The translations under genes were made by a program, and so were the position numbers. The notes beneath the pieces are model-generated. The model was not told the DNA's origin, searched no databases, and worked only from the letters and a program-made list of their open reading frames with translations. Of a stretch of 64,000 nt of DNA, positions 19,801 through 27,604 are shown one piece after another. The stretch is taken from assembly GCA_043819135.1 (NCBI GenBank), contig JBDRFG010000072.1, positions 8,240-72,239 on the forward strand, given 5' to 3'. Every line of letters starts with the position of its first letter. Position 1 is the first letter of the stretch. Source of the stretch: Candidatus Eiseniibacteriota bacterium (GTDB lineage Bacteria > Joyebacterota > Joyebacteria > Joyebacterales > Joyebacteraceae).

Positions 19801-20168
19801 GCGTCCACCAGAGACCAGGGCCTGAAGAAGGCGCTGTCCCGCTTGGGAAGAACCGAAACGCCGGGCGCGTAGGGCGCACGCGCGATCTCGGGCTCAGCAA
19901 CGGCGGGCAGGGAATCGGCACCCGCCGTACCGAGGCTGTCAGGTACGACGCCGAAGAGCGTTGTGGGTGCGAGGCTGTCAGGTGGGACCGTCGAGATCAT
20001 CGCGGAGTCAGCAGGCGAGCCCCCCTCCTCGAGGACCGCCGGCTCGCCGCCACCCCCGCTCTCATCGGTTCCGAGGACAGGACCCGTGGCGCAGAGCAGC
20101 AAAATGAACGCGAAGACCGTCGCGGCTGTCGGAGAGACTGTCGTCCGGACGGCGCCATCGAGAAACAT
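13857..20168 (-). CDS. Giant (2104 aa) secreted outer-membrane beta-barrel protein, SprA-like (candidate T9SS translocon); function unproven
   Basis: Start reassigned to MFLDGAVR (GGAG RBS about 11 nt upstream), which gives a classic signal peptide. C-terminus ...GMHLSAEFKF has the OMP terminal-Phe signature with alternating amphipathic strands. Very rich in D/G/S/T/Y/N. Size is in the range of SprA. Confidence 0.5.
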   Translation of the reverse strand: MFLDGAVRTTVSPTAATVFAFILLLCATGPVLGTDESGGGGEPAVLEEGGSPADSAMISTVPPDSLAPTTLFGVVPDSLGTAGADSLPAVAEPEIARAPYAPGVSVLPKRDSAFFRPWSLVDARPKGLAVGRPSMPPGAPSSVPFSRRVVVDHENGTMTIVTDVGKHTSWVSYAAPLAEYQRLAGDAMVLEAWEKVIHKRLGRAETGQGRGLLDIDIPMPLPGPFVRAIGPGANLKVRGSERITFGGQTSYVVEALETESGRPSRFPQLDMQQQLTVNLEGTIGRKIHVYVDHRSGGDTFGGSKADQIRVHYEGDEDEIIQKIELGEVNLSLPGTEFVSYSGHHQGLFGAKMTAKVGKLELVTVASKEEGKSAGANFTGTSESDSLVIRDISYRAGKFFVIDDLALKYSNVGAQNIRVYLDDRISSNDTSDGAQEGIAYLEEPPGAAPPADATYSREGFFVELIENEDYFIPQGSGIYGEESGYQLGVIVLTRPITQGKMLAVSYGRVTDGGGTVSVGGYDAGSQTLYLKLMKHDDSTTPTGWERTRLYELKHIYDLGAEDIPEEGFQLTIRRSAASGEDQEVHESGVPYTKLLGLDTEEIGVGSSDVDPTWLDLTNGLLSFPHFTPFCPDYDTTGFYYAPDGGPDPIYYADEFSDSEKNCSVYSKDNFDAGDDDYYIVVKYNRPRTTFYLGQINIIENSEVVRLNGVRLTRGTDYTIYYPAGQLTILAEEAKEPDAKVTVEYDYKPFGIAGEKTLLGARGVYNWSEKIRLGTTWMYQSKGTPEDRPRLGEEPSRTVVGDVNLSADFTPELMTRVVDAIPFIETDAESRLKISAEAAVSIPNPNTKGFVSVDDMEGAENVSMLGVSRRLWVPSSVPDLPEIDASDRMDIYWYNPERKVQEGDLHPDLPAQEADDSHTVLEIAYDSDGSASWAGLMRLLSKTGSDYSDYQFVELWVNDGAPIEQSTGTFYIDLGNISEDYYPLMSPNGELETEDVDVPPNGFDADEDVGLDTVAGVDGQGVPGDDGDDDYKFEYDSDDYSKINGTEGNERLDTEDLNGNGYVDQDNSYWTLTVDLADTTYRVQDNSKLVAGNYWRKYRFPLSHAESPNGMATWTSIKSARIWANGLAVGAGEIMIGSMDIVGSQWEPRPIVDEDGEVVPDQNMGDMGFRVGTKNTKEDVDYDPPFDPGIDEDTNLPKREQSIFLLYENLRSEHTASARKVFYSEEDYTGYQSFDFYLHGGAAVEDGTVFFMRLGRDSLNYYEYSLEVRSGWLQDRSSGDNLLTVPFTSFTDLKLGEFATLDEAETEGAYSGETFRRVGWPSLSRIRRLTVGIRNEAAAASDITGEVWLDDIRLSEVRRDLGWAERATVEARFADFLDVDFDLRHVDGEFHSLKQLRGSGQDNITYNFTGTMNADRFVSALGVSTPVNVTWKRSVSRPKFSSGSDIVLDEEQSASEKTETLDRSIAVSLSRKRQSPDFWTHLLVDGLSLRASLAEHEKASPTKADTSRTLRGRLSYRYSPEKQGLRLFGNTELFLKPTSFRFNTDVHLIRTQNYDISAIGVKTQRSNNHDKKLNADAGIDFQFLENLRTSHSVAVKRDLEPINRVVYDLNAGVETERRYSNSLSFNPKFGRWFAPQYSFSSSFTDNHGPQVRRAGDPFGIRDVRAQNNQDIRASFDIKKLLGPASTPRSGTPRGRRETREGGDREEKPTETSGDADEETAPRVDERTDAREAGRDSVDENGDGDEPPTAPSGEGNEPPTAPSGEGGEPPAATRGEGETSAEEGDEGALGPGFGDLIRPVLTLVRNTDAIEARYSIKTSSRYDRITAGQLPDWSYRLGLSSGEGADDRTEERTLSLDSGLKVTSQVRVKGSYKRTTGGRWYKNALSDSVTLTTETGSTSESGKGTLSWNGIEKLGPLSNVCSKIGARSGVEYKRSHSGPADEPTTRAKAFGMNPVISVDTTFKNGVTGNFSWDKRTTRSYILTGAGSVNEDDTGSMSLSLNYRFSAPQGLKLPFFGQKLKFQSNLDTSLTLRTSAKVSRTAQDEHGLLQVDPTSSTRDFSVTTDLTYSFSRSVSGGLQISFSQSRDEKRDQTRRTIGMHLSAEFKF
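14846..14944 (-). repeat. Three tandem 30-33-nt repeats inside the giant gene encoding (G/N)EPPTAPSGEG within an acidic disordered insertion
   Basis: Seen in sequence: cccttcgccgctcggggccgtcggcggttca occurs twice plus one degenerate copy. Encodes DEPPTAPSGEGNEPPTAPSGEGGEPPAATRGEG. Confidence 0.8.
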
Positions 20169-20494
20169 GTTAAGGACTCCGCTTTCGAGAAGAACGCCCG
20201 GCGCAGGCCGGGTCGCAGGTGCTCGTGCGCTGGGTCGTGTCTGCCGCGCCCGGCTGACTCCGCGACGATGCCGAGAGGCCGTCCGGTGCACCAGAGACAA
20301 CAGGCCCCGCACGCGGCTTCACGCGAGGCGACATCCGGCCGATACGGCGGAGCGGAATGTAGCAAAGCAAACCGCACATGTCAAGTTGGCCCAGCTCGTG
20401 GTCAGCCGCGTCCCAGGCGTGAATATACAGTGCGTGCATCGCCTCCAATTCCCGGGTTGCGGGCGCTCCGCAGACGATGTCACGGACAATGATA

Positions 20495-20524
20495 TTGCGT
20501 ACGCCGCAGCTTTGGTAGTATAGG
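20495..20524 (+). promoter_or_regulatory. Candidate sigma-70-like promoter for lptF (TTGCGT-N17/18-TAtAgg)
   Basis: Pattern match only, inside a 430-nt divergent intergenic region. Confidence 0.2.
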
Positions 20525-20600
20525 TTGTCTGGGCGCAGCGCAGGCCCATCCCCCGGCCCAGGCCATGTACCGCGGTTGCGGTGCGAATCTCGGATTCCAC

Positions 20601-21956
20601 ATGAGCACTCTGTCCAGGTACGTCCTCAGAGCGCACATCCCCCCCGCCGCAGCGGGGCTCGCTATCTTCTACTTCGTTCTCTCCATGGACTTCATCGTCG
20701 ACTACCTCAACCTCTTCATCGCGAAGGGAGTCCCGGGGCTCGCCGTGCTCGAGGGTTTCCTTCTCAGTCTCGCCTGGATGACGGTCATGGCTGTCCCCAT
20801 GGCGGTGATGGTCGCGGTTCTCACGGCGTTCGGGCGGCTCGCGGGAGACAACGAAATCACTGCCGCGCGGGCCACCGGCGTGAACGTCTTTGCGCTCATT
20901 GCGCCGGTTCTGGGCGCCTCCGTCATCGTCGCCTTCGGGCTCTTCTGGTTCGGGAATCACATGCTCCCGGCCGCGAACCACCGGCTGAAGGTGCTCCTTG
21001 TGGACATCCACAGAATACGTCCCCTCGCTACAATAGAACCTGGAGTCCTCACCAACCTGCCCGGGGGCTACACGATCCTCGTCGACAGGCTTGACTCCAG
21101 AACATCCGAAATCTTCGACGTGAAGATCCACAGGCTGGAGGGCGGAGAGCCCCTCCAGACCATCGTGGCCGAGCGCGGCCGGATCAGCAGCGAGCCGGAG
21201 GACGACTACGTGCGTCTCGAACTCCTGGACGGCGAGATCCACGAGCTGGACCCGAATGATGCGACGCGGTTCAATCGCCTCCTATTCGAGCGCCACGTCA
21301 TCAACATCGAGCAGGGCCACGCCGAGCTCCTCAGGAGTGACGCAGTGAGGCGCGGCGACAGGGAGCTGTCTCTGGCAGAACTGGGCTCCCGCATAGCGCA
21401 GGGACGGGAGGACACCAACGCGGCCCGGGTTGAGCTCGCGGACGGCCTCGAGACGCATCTCGCAGGCCTCCTGGATCGTGCCGACGGAACGTACCCGCCC
21501 GCGCGGCCCGAGGAGGTGCGGGCGGACCGCAGCCGCATGCTGCGGGGCGCCGAGTCGGACCTGCGGGCGGAGGCCAGCGCAGCGAGACAGATGCGCCGTC
21601 TGGAGGTCGAATACCACAAGAAGCTCTCGATCCCGTTCGCCTGCGTGGTCTTCGTGCTTGTCGGCGCGCCGCTGGGCATCAGAAGCAGACACGGGGGAAT
21701 AGGCATCGGGGCAGGAACGGGCATCCTCTTCTTCCTGATCTACTATCTCTTCCTGGTTGGCGGCGAGCAGCTGGGCGATCGCGGCCTGGTTCCGCCGTTC
21801 TGGGCGATGTGGGCCCCGAACGTTCTCTTCGGCGGCCTGGGTCTCTTCCTCACGCTGTCGGTCTCGCGCGAGTGGAGGATCGCCCCCGTGACTAAGGTCG
21901 TGGACTTCGTGATGCGCGCGCCGCGACGGCCCCGGCCGTCCCCGGAGGCCTCATGA
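20601..21956 (+). CDS. lptF: LPS export permease LptF (YjgP/YjgQ family)
   Basis: Six-TM architecture with a large periplasmic domain. Start taken at MSTLSRYVL. Confidence 0.8.
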   Translation: MSTLSRYVLRAHIPPAAAGLAIFYFVLSMDFIVDYLNLFIAKGVPGLAVLEGFLLSLAWMTVMAVPMAVMVAVLTAFGRLAGDNEITAARATGVNVFALIAPVLGASVIVAFGLFWFGNHMLPAANHRLKVLLVDIHRIRPLATIEPGVLTNLPGGYTILVDRLDSRTSEIFDVKIHRLEGGEPLQTIVAERGRISSEPEDDYVRLELLDGEIHELDPNDATRFNRLLFERHVINIEQGHAELLRSDAVRRGDRELSLAELGSRIAQGREDTNAARVELADGLETHLAGLLDRADGTYPPARPEEVRADRSRMLRGAESDLRAEASAARQMRRLEVEYHKKLSIPFACVVFVLVGAPLGIRSRHGGIGIGAGTGILFFLIYYLFLVGGEQLGDRGLVPPFWAMWAPNVLFGGLGLFLTLSVSREWRIAPVTKVVDFVMRAPRRPRPSPEAS

Positions 21957-23026
21957 GTATCATCGACTCATACGCCTTGAGGAAGATAGCCAGACCGTTC
22001 GCGATCGTCCTGTGCCTCTTCGCGGGCGTCTTCGTGTTGGTCGACCTCTTCGACCACGCCCATTCGTTCATCGACAACGACGTCTCGCTGGACGTCGTTC
22101 TCAAGTACTACGCCTATTACCTTCCCCTGATAGTCGTCCTCACCTCCCCCGTCGCAATGCTCCTCGCGACCCTTCTCGCCGTGGGGGGACTGTCGAGGAG
22201 AAACGAGCTGATGGCGCTCAAGGGATCAGGCGTCAGCCTCTACAGGATCCTCGCGCCCGTGCTCGCCCTGTCCGTTCTGGTCAGTCTCGCCAATGTCGTC
22301 ATAGGGGAGTTCGTGCTGCCGCCGGCGACCCGTCATCGGCTCCTGATCAAGGAGACCAGCATCACGCGGCGAGCGAGCCAGACCATCACCAACGACCCGG
22401 TGTACGTGACTCCGGACGGAACGATGTTCCTCGCGCGAAGACTCAACTCGCGGACGAGGACGCTGGAGGAGGTCACCGTCGAGGAATTCGACGAGGCCCA
22501 CCGCCCGACCAACAGGATCGATGCGCAGTCGGCGGTGTGGGAGAACGACGCATGGGTTTTCTACGACGGAAGCCACCGGCGCTTCACGGCGGCCGGCGAA
22601 GAAGTGACAAGCTTCGAACGACTGGAACCGGGCTACTCGGAGCCATTGCCGAGCGAGCTGGACGTCCGCAAGCTGCAACCGGAGGAGATGCCGTATCGGG
22701 AACTGAGGTCCTACATCCTGCGACTCCGGGCCAGCGGCAACGACGCGCGCGATCTGGCCGTGCAGCTGCAGCTCAAGATAGCCTTCCCGTTCGTCGCCGT
22801 TATCATGACGCTGCTGGGTGGGACCCTCGCGGCGGGCGCGCGCCGGAGCGGCTTCGCGCTCTCGTTCGCGGCGGCCCTGACCATCTCGTTCTTCTACTAC
22901 GGAGTGCTGCAGGTGGGCCAGGTACTGGGCCGCCAGGGCATTCTCGTGCCCTGGCTGGCCGCGTGGATCTCAAACATCATCTTCACCGGAGTCGGCGCCT
23001 GGCTCCTCGCCCGCGCGCCCAAGTAG
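21953..23026 (+). CDS. lptG: LPS export permease LptG (YjgP/YjgQ family)
   Basis: 357 aa paralogous permease directly after lptF with a 4-nt overlap. Confidence 0.8.
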   Translation: MSIIDSYALRKIARPFAIVLCLFAGVFVLVDLFDHAHSFIDNDVSLDVVLKYYAYYLPLIVVLTSPVAMLLATLLAVGGLSRRNELMALKGSGVSLYRILAPVLALSVLVSLANVVIGEFVLPPATRHRLLIKETSITRRASQTITNDPVYVTPDGTMFLARRLNSRTRTLEEVTVEEFDEAHRPTNRIDAQSAVWENDAWVFYDGSHRRFTAAGEEVTSFERLEPGYSEPLPSELDVRKLQPEEMPYRELRSYILRLRASGNDARDLAVQLQLKIAFPFVAVIMTLLGGTLAAGARRSGFALSFAAALTISFFYYGVLQVGQVLGRQGILVPWLAAWISNIIFTGVGAWLLARAPK

Positions 23027-23042
23027 CCGCCTCCCTCGCGAT

Positions 23043-24299
23043 CTAGGTCCCGATCTTCCAGGACGCCAGGTAGTCGATCTGCTCCGCCGTCAGCGTGTCG
23101 ATCCCTACTCCCATCGACGCGAGTTTCAGGCGCGCGACGCCGTGGTCGATCTCCTCGGGGACCGCGTGAACCCCGGGGGACAACTTCTCGGGCAACCCCG
23201 CAAGATACTCGCAGCACAGCGCCTGATTCGCAAAGCTCATGTCCATGACCGCGGCCGGGTGCCCCTCGGCGGCCGAGAGGTTCACCAGACGCCCCTCGCC
23301 CAGCAGGTTGATCCGCTTGCCGCCCGCAAGGATGAACGTCTCCACCGACTCGCGCGGAGTCCTCACGTCGGTCGACATCTTGCGAAGCGCCTCTTTGTCG
23401 ATCTCCACGTCGAAATGCCCGGAGTTGGCAAGGATGGCGCCGTCCTTCATCGCCTCGAAGTGCCGGCCGGTCAGAACGCGGATGTCGCCCGTCAGCGTCA
23501 CGAAGATGTCGCCTATGGGCGCCGCGTCGTCCATGAGCATAACGCGGAACCCGTCCATTGTCGCCTCAAGCGCCTTCAGGGCGTCGACCTCCGTCACTAT
23601 GACCGACGCTCCCAGCCCGCGGGCGCGGTGCGCGAGTCCCCTCCCGCACCAACCGTAGCCCGCGACCACGAATGTCGCTCCCGCCAGAAGCGAGTTGGTC
23701 GCGCGGAGGATCCCGTCGATCGTGCTCTGACCGGTGCCGTAGCGGTTGTCGAACATGTGCTTGGTGTCGGCATCATTGACCGCGATGACGGGAACTTTGA
23801 GTTCACCGTCTCTCTCCATGGCGCGAAGCCGGATGACTCCCGTCGTCGTCTCCTCCATGCTTCCGAGGAGGCGCGGGATCAGCTCCTGCCTCTCCTTGTG
23901 GATGGTCGAGACGAGGTCGGCCCCGTCGTCCAGTGTGATCGAGGGACCCTCATCGAGAATCGAACGGATGTGGTCGTAGTAGCGTTCGTTGTCCTCACCC
24001 CTCACCGCGTACATCGACACGCCGTGGTCCATCGCCAGGTGGGCCGCCACGTCGTCCTGCGTCGACAGCGGATTGGAGGCGCAGAGTGAGACCGACGCGC
24101 CGCCGGCCTTGAGCGCCATCATCAGATTGGCGGTCTCCGTGGTCACATGAAGGCACGACCCGATGGTCAGGCCCTCCAGAGGACGTTCCCGTTCGAACCG
24201 CTCCGCGATGCTCGCGAGCACCGGCATGCTCTGAGAGGCCCACTCGGTCCTGTCGCGTCCCTTCGAAGCCAGACCGCTGTCCTTGATGTCGTGAGGCAT
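23043..24299 (-). CDS. ahcY: Adenosylhomocysteinase
   Basis: 418 aa. NAD-binding [21 protein letters not shown]. Other SAHH signature motifs present. Confidence 0.95.
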   Translation of the reverse strand: MPHDIKDSGLASKGRDRTEWASQSMPVLASIAERFERERPLEGLTIGSCLHVTTETANLMMALKAGGASVSLCASNPLSTQDDVAAHLAMDHGVSMYAVRGEDNERYYDHIRSILDEGPSITLDDGADLVSTIHKERQELIPRLLGSMEETTTGVIRLRAMERDGELKVPVIAVNDADTKHMFDNRYGTGQSTIDGILRATNSLLAGATFVVAGYGWCGRGLAHRARGLGASVIVTEVDALKALEATMDGFRVMLMDDAAPIGDIFVTLTGDIRVLTGRHFEAMKDGAILANSGHFDVEIDKEALRKMSTDVRTPRESVETFILAGGKRINLLGEGRLVNLSAAEGHPAAVMDMSFANQALCCEYLAGLPEKLSPGVHAVPEEIDHGVARLKLASMGVGIDTLTAEQIDYLASWKIGT

Positions 24300-24303
24300 G
24301 TTC

Positions 24304-25488
24304 TTATCCCTTCTTGAGGTCGTCCACCATGTCGGTCCGCTCCCACGTGAAGTTCGGCTCCTCGCGGCCGAAGTGGCCGTAAGAGGCGGTGGCGAGATAT
24401 ATCGGTCGCCTGAGGTTCAGCCGCTCGATGATGGCGGCAGGTCTGAGGTCGAAGTGCTTCTTCACGATACCGACGAGTTCGCCGTCGGGGACCTCGCCGG
24501 TGCCCATCGTGTCCACCATGATCGATACCGGTTCCGCCACACCGATGGCGTAGGCTATCTCGATCTCGCATCTCCGCGCCAATCCGGCCGCGACCAGGTT
24601 CTTGGCCACGTGCCTCGCCGCGTACGAACCCGACCTGTCCACCTTGGTCGGATCCTTCCCGGAGAAACAGCCGCCACCGTGGCTTCCGAGCCCGCCGTAC
24701 GTGTCGACGATGATCTTCCGGCCGGTCAGCCCGCAGTCCGCGTGAGGACCACCCTTGACGAAGCGTCCCGTGGGGTTGACGAGCAGTTTGTACTCCCGAC
24801 CCATGACCAGTTCGGCCGGAAGTGTCGGCTCGACGACGTGAGTCCGGATGGCGTCGGCAAGCGAGTCCATTCTGACGTCCGGATCATGCTGCGTCGATAC
24901 GACCACAGTGTCGATCCTGGACGGGGTGCCGTCCTCGTACTCCAGAGTCACCTGCGTCTTGCCGTCGGGTCGAAGGTACTCGAGCGTTCCGTCCTCTCGC
25001 ACGTCGGCCAGCCTGCGCGCCAGCTTGTGCGCAAGGTGGATCGGCATGGGCATGAGTTCCTTCGTCTCGGCCGTCGCATAGCCAAACATCATCCCCTGGT
25101 CACCGGCCCCGCCCTCGTGCACTGCGTGTCCCGCCGAGTCGCCCAGCCAGATATCGGAGGACTGCTCCCCGATGGCCGTCACCACCGCGCACGTCTCCCA
25201 GTCAAAACCGTACGACGCGTCGGTGTAGCCGATGTCCCGGATGGTGTTGCGGACGACCGTGGGGATGTCAACGTAAGCCTCGTTCGTCGAGATCTCACCG
25301 GAGATGAATGCCATCCCCGTAGTGACGAGAGTCTCGCAGGCGACTCGACCCACGGGATCCTGAGTGAGAATGCCATCCAGAATGGCATCCGATATCTGGT
25401 CCGCGACCTTGTCGGGGTGTCCCCCGGTCACTGACTCGGATGTGAAAAGGTGCTTCTCCAAACGTGGCCTCCGTTCGTGTCGAATCAC
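24304..25488 (-). CDS. metK: S-adenosylmethionine synthetase
   Basis: [37 protein letters not shown]. Confidence 0.95.
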   Translation of the reverse strand: MIRHERRPRLEKHLFTSESVTGGHPDKVADQISDAILDGILTQDPVGRVACETLVTTGMAFISGEISTNEAYVDIPTVVRNTIRDIGYTDASYGFDWETCAVVTAIGEQSSDIWLGDSAGHAVHEGGAGDQGMMFGYATAETKELMPMPIHLAHKLARRLADVREDGTLEYLRPDGKTQVTLEYEDGTPSRIDTVVVSTQHDPDVRMDSLADAIRTHVVEPTLPAELVMGREYKLLVNPTGRFVKGGPHADCGLTGRKIIVDTYGGLGSHGGGCFSGKDPTKVDRSGSYAARHVAKNLVAAGLARRCEIEIAYAIGVAEPVSIMVDTMGTGEVPDGELVGIVKKHFDLRPAAIIERLNLRRPIYLATASYGHFGREEPNFTWERTDMVDDLKKG

Positions 25489-25508
25489 GCCGCCTGGTCC
25501 GCGTGGGG

Positions 25509-26540
25509 TCAGGCGCCTATCTCTATCTCCGACGAGTCTCCTACGTTCAGCTTCTGGTAGTGTCCCCTCACAATCGCGCCCTCGCCTATCAGCGATCTGC
25601 TGAGCAGGCTCCTCTCCACGACCGCTCCAGAACTGAGAATGCTGTCCCTCACCACCGAGTCCCGTATCGTCGCCCCGGCGGCAACCGAAACGTACGGCCC
25701 AACGACCGACCTCTCTATCACGGCGGTCTGGTCAATGGACACGGGGGGCAGGACGATGGAGCCCTCTATGCTCTTCCCGTTCCCGCCGGAACGTTCCAGG
25801 AGCACTCTGTTGGTGTCCAGCAGCGTCTCGGGAAGCCCGCAGTCGTGCCACCCCTGCACGGGGTAGACACCCATGTCCTCGCCGCGCTCCAACATCAGCT
25901 TGAGCGCGTCGGTCAACTGGAATTCGCCCTTCGTACGAATGTCCTTCTCCACGACTTCGGTCAGGCACTCGAACAGAAGGGGCGAATTGACGATGTAGTA
26001 GAGACCCACGATGGCCAGATTGCTCGGCGGCACATCGGGTTTTTCCACGACGCTTCTGACGCGTCCCTCATGCAACTCCACCACGCCGAAGCGCTGCGGG
26101 TCATCCACTTCCTTCACGCCGATCAGTGTGCGTCCGCCTCCCACCAGTTCCGAGTAGTCGGCCGTCACCACCGTGTCGCCCAGCACTATCAGAACCGGTC
26201 CGTCCTGAACACAGTCCCTAGTGAGATATATGGCGTGTCCCAGGCCCAGTCGCTCCTCCTGATGGACACAGCATACGTCGAGATGCGGGTAGGCCTCGGC
26301 GACGTACTCCGTGACCCTGTCACCCATGTAACCGGTCACCAGGACGATCTCCTTGATGCCGAGCGGCGCCAGTTCTTCGAGGATGTGCCCGACGATGGGC
26401 TTTCCAGCGACGGGAACCAGGGCCTTCGGAATCGTGTGGGTGTGCGGCCTGAGTCGCGTTCCGATCCCTGCGACAGGGATTATGGCCTTCATCGGCGTTC
26501 CTTTCAGGGGTCGGACCGAGCAGCGCGTCGGCCCGTTCAT
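25509..26540 (-). CDS. Sugar-phosphate nucleotidyltransferase with C-terminal left-handed beta-helix
   Basis: [16 protein letters not shown]...[15 protein letters not shown]-transferase motif. The first ATG overlaps the PGI/PMI stop by 1 nt. The alternative start MKAIIPV is 48 nt downstream. Confidence 0.8.
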   Translation of the reverse strand: MNGPTRCSVRPLKGTPMKAIIPVAGIGTRLRPHTHTIPKALVPVAGKPIVGHILEELAPLGIKEIVLVTGYMGDRVTEYVAEAYPHLDVCCVHQEERLGLGHAIYLTRDCVQDGPVLIVLGDTVVTADYSELVGGGRTLIGVKEVDDPQRFGVVELHEGRVRSVVEKPDVPPSNLAIVGLYYIVNSPLLFECLTEVVEKDIRTKGEFQLTDALKLMLERGEDMGVYPVQGWHDCGLPETLLDTNRVLLERSGGNGKSIEGSIVLPPVSIDQTAVIERSVVGPYVSVAAGATIRDSVVRDSILSSGAVVERSLLSRSLIGEGAIVRGHYQKLNVGDSSEIEIGA

Positions 26541-27604
26541 CAGAATCGTGCGAGCTCTTTCTTGAGTCTGTCGATGGGCGTGACGGGCGTGGGATCGACC
26601 TCAGCCAGCATCGCGAGATAGAAACTCACGAAGTCCCCAAGCTGCACGAGCGACATGAGCCTGCCGAGCCACGTCGCACCCCGGCTGGTGGCGCTACGCA
26701 CTTCCACGCCTGTTGCGGCTATCGCCTCGCGAGTGATATCCATCCTGCGTACCACGCGCGGGTGGTCGTCCTCGCCCCGAAGGAACAACACCCGTGCGCC
26801 CCCGCCCATCGTGAGCGTACCGCTCCATCCCACTATCTCATTGTGGTTCATCTCAGGCAACTCGTTCCTGTGAGCAACCACCTTGGAATTCTCGGAGAAC
26901 TGCCCGCACCAGCGACTAGCCACGACCGACGTGCCCGGCGCCGCTCCGTAGATCACCGGCACACGCCCGAAGAACCACGATGCCAGTTCCTTCGCCTCGT
27001 TCCCGGCCGCGGGCGCCGCCGGCCCGAGCCGCCGAACTCCCTCCTCCGTCGTCACGATCGCATCCTGGACTTCATCGGCTGGATCCGGAGCCAGCCCGAG
27101 CCTTCCCAGAATGACGAGCAGGGGCACAAGACCGAAGCCGAGCGCCGCTCTCGGGGGATAACCTCCCGGCACTTTCACCACATCGTGCCCCGCTTCGGCG
27201 GCGATGAGGCCCACCTCTCCGCCTGTCGTCGAGCAGACAATCTTCGCCCCGCGTTCCCTCGCTTCCGCGTAGGCGGACAGCGTTTCCTCGGTGTTGCCCG
27301 AGTAGCTCGAGACGTAGACCAGGGTCGACGGTCCAACCCACGCGGGCAACGAATAGTCTCGCACCACGGAGAGCGGGACCAGCAGGCTGCCTGCCAGGTA
27401 TCCCGCGGCCAGTTCGCCGCCGATGGCGGATCCGCCCATGCCCACGACCGCGACGGCGCCGATGCCGTCGCTCCGCACGGTCAGCGGCGTTCTGCGACCC
27501 ACGTGCTCGGCCTCTCTCAGCTGGCCGGGAAAGCCCTCCAGATGCTCGTGCATTCCACCGGGGTCGCACGTGCGCATTCTCGCAAGGTCGTCGAGCATGC
27601 TCAT
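26540..27604 (-). CDS. Bifunctional phosphoglucose/phosphomannose isomerase (SIS domain)
   Basis: SIS motif VAVVGMGGSAIGGELAAGYL. Size matches the PGI/PMI family. 4-nt overlap with ptsI. Confidence 0.75.
   Translation of the reverse strand: MSMLDDLARMRTCDPGGMHEHLEGFPGQLREAEHVGRRTPLTVRSDGIGAVAVVGMGGSAIGGELAAGYLAGSLLVPLSVVRDYSLPAWVGPSTLVYVSSYSGNTEETLSAYAEARERGAKIVCSTTGGEVGLIAAEAGHDVVKVPGGYPPRAALGFGLVPLLVILGRLGLAPDPADEVQDAIVTTEEGVRRLGPAAPAAGNEAKELASWFFGRVPVIYGAAPGTSVVASRWCGQFSENSKVVAHRNELPEMNHNEIVGWSGTLTMGGGARVLFLRGEDDHPRVVRRMDITREAIAATGVEVRSATSRGATWLGRLMSLVQLGDFVSFYLAMLAEVDPTPVTPIDRLKKELARF

Noticed and set aside
22012-23046. 344-aa ORF in an alternate frame of lptG
   Set aside because: Overlaps lptG in the same orientation but a different frame. 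Arg/Gly/Pro-rich and not a membrane protein, whereas the lptG frame encodes a bona fide YjgP/YjgQ permease.
24298-25434. 378-aa plus-strand ORF
   Set aside because: Antisense to metK. No domain signatures.
25489-25508. Possible SAM riboswitch upstream of metK
   Set aside because: Only 20 nt separate metK from the upstream gene, so there is no room for a riboswitch aptamer. metK is within an operon.
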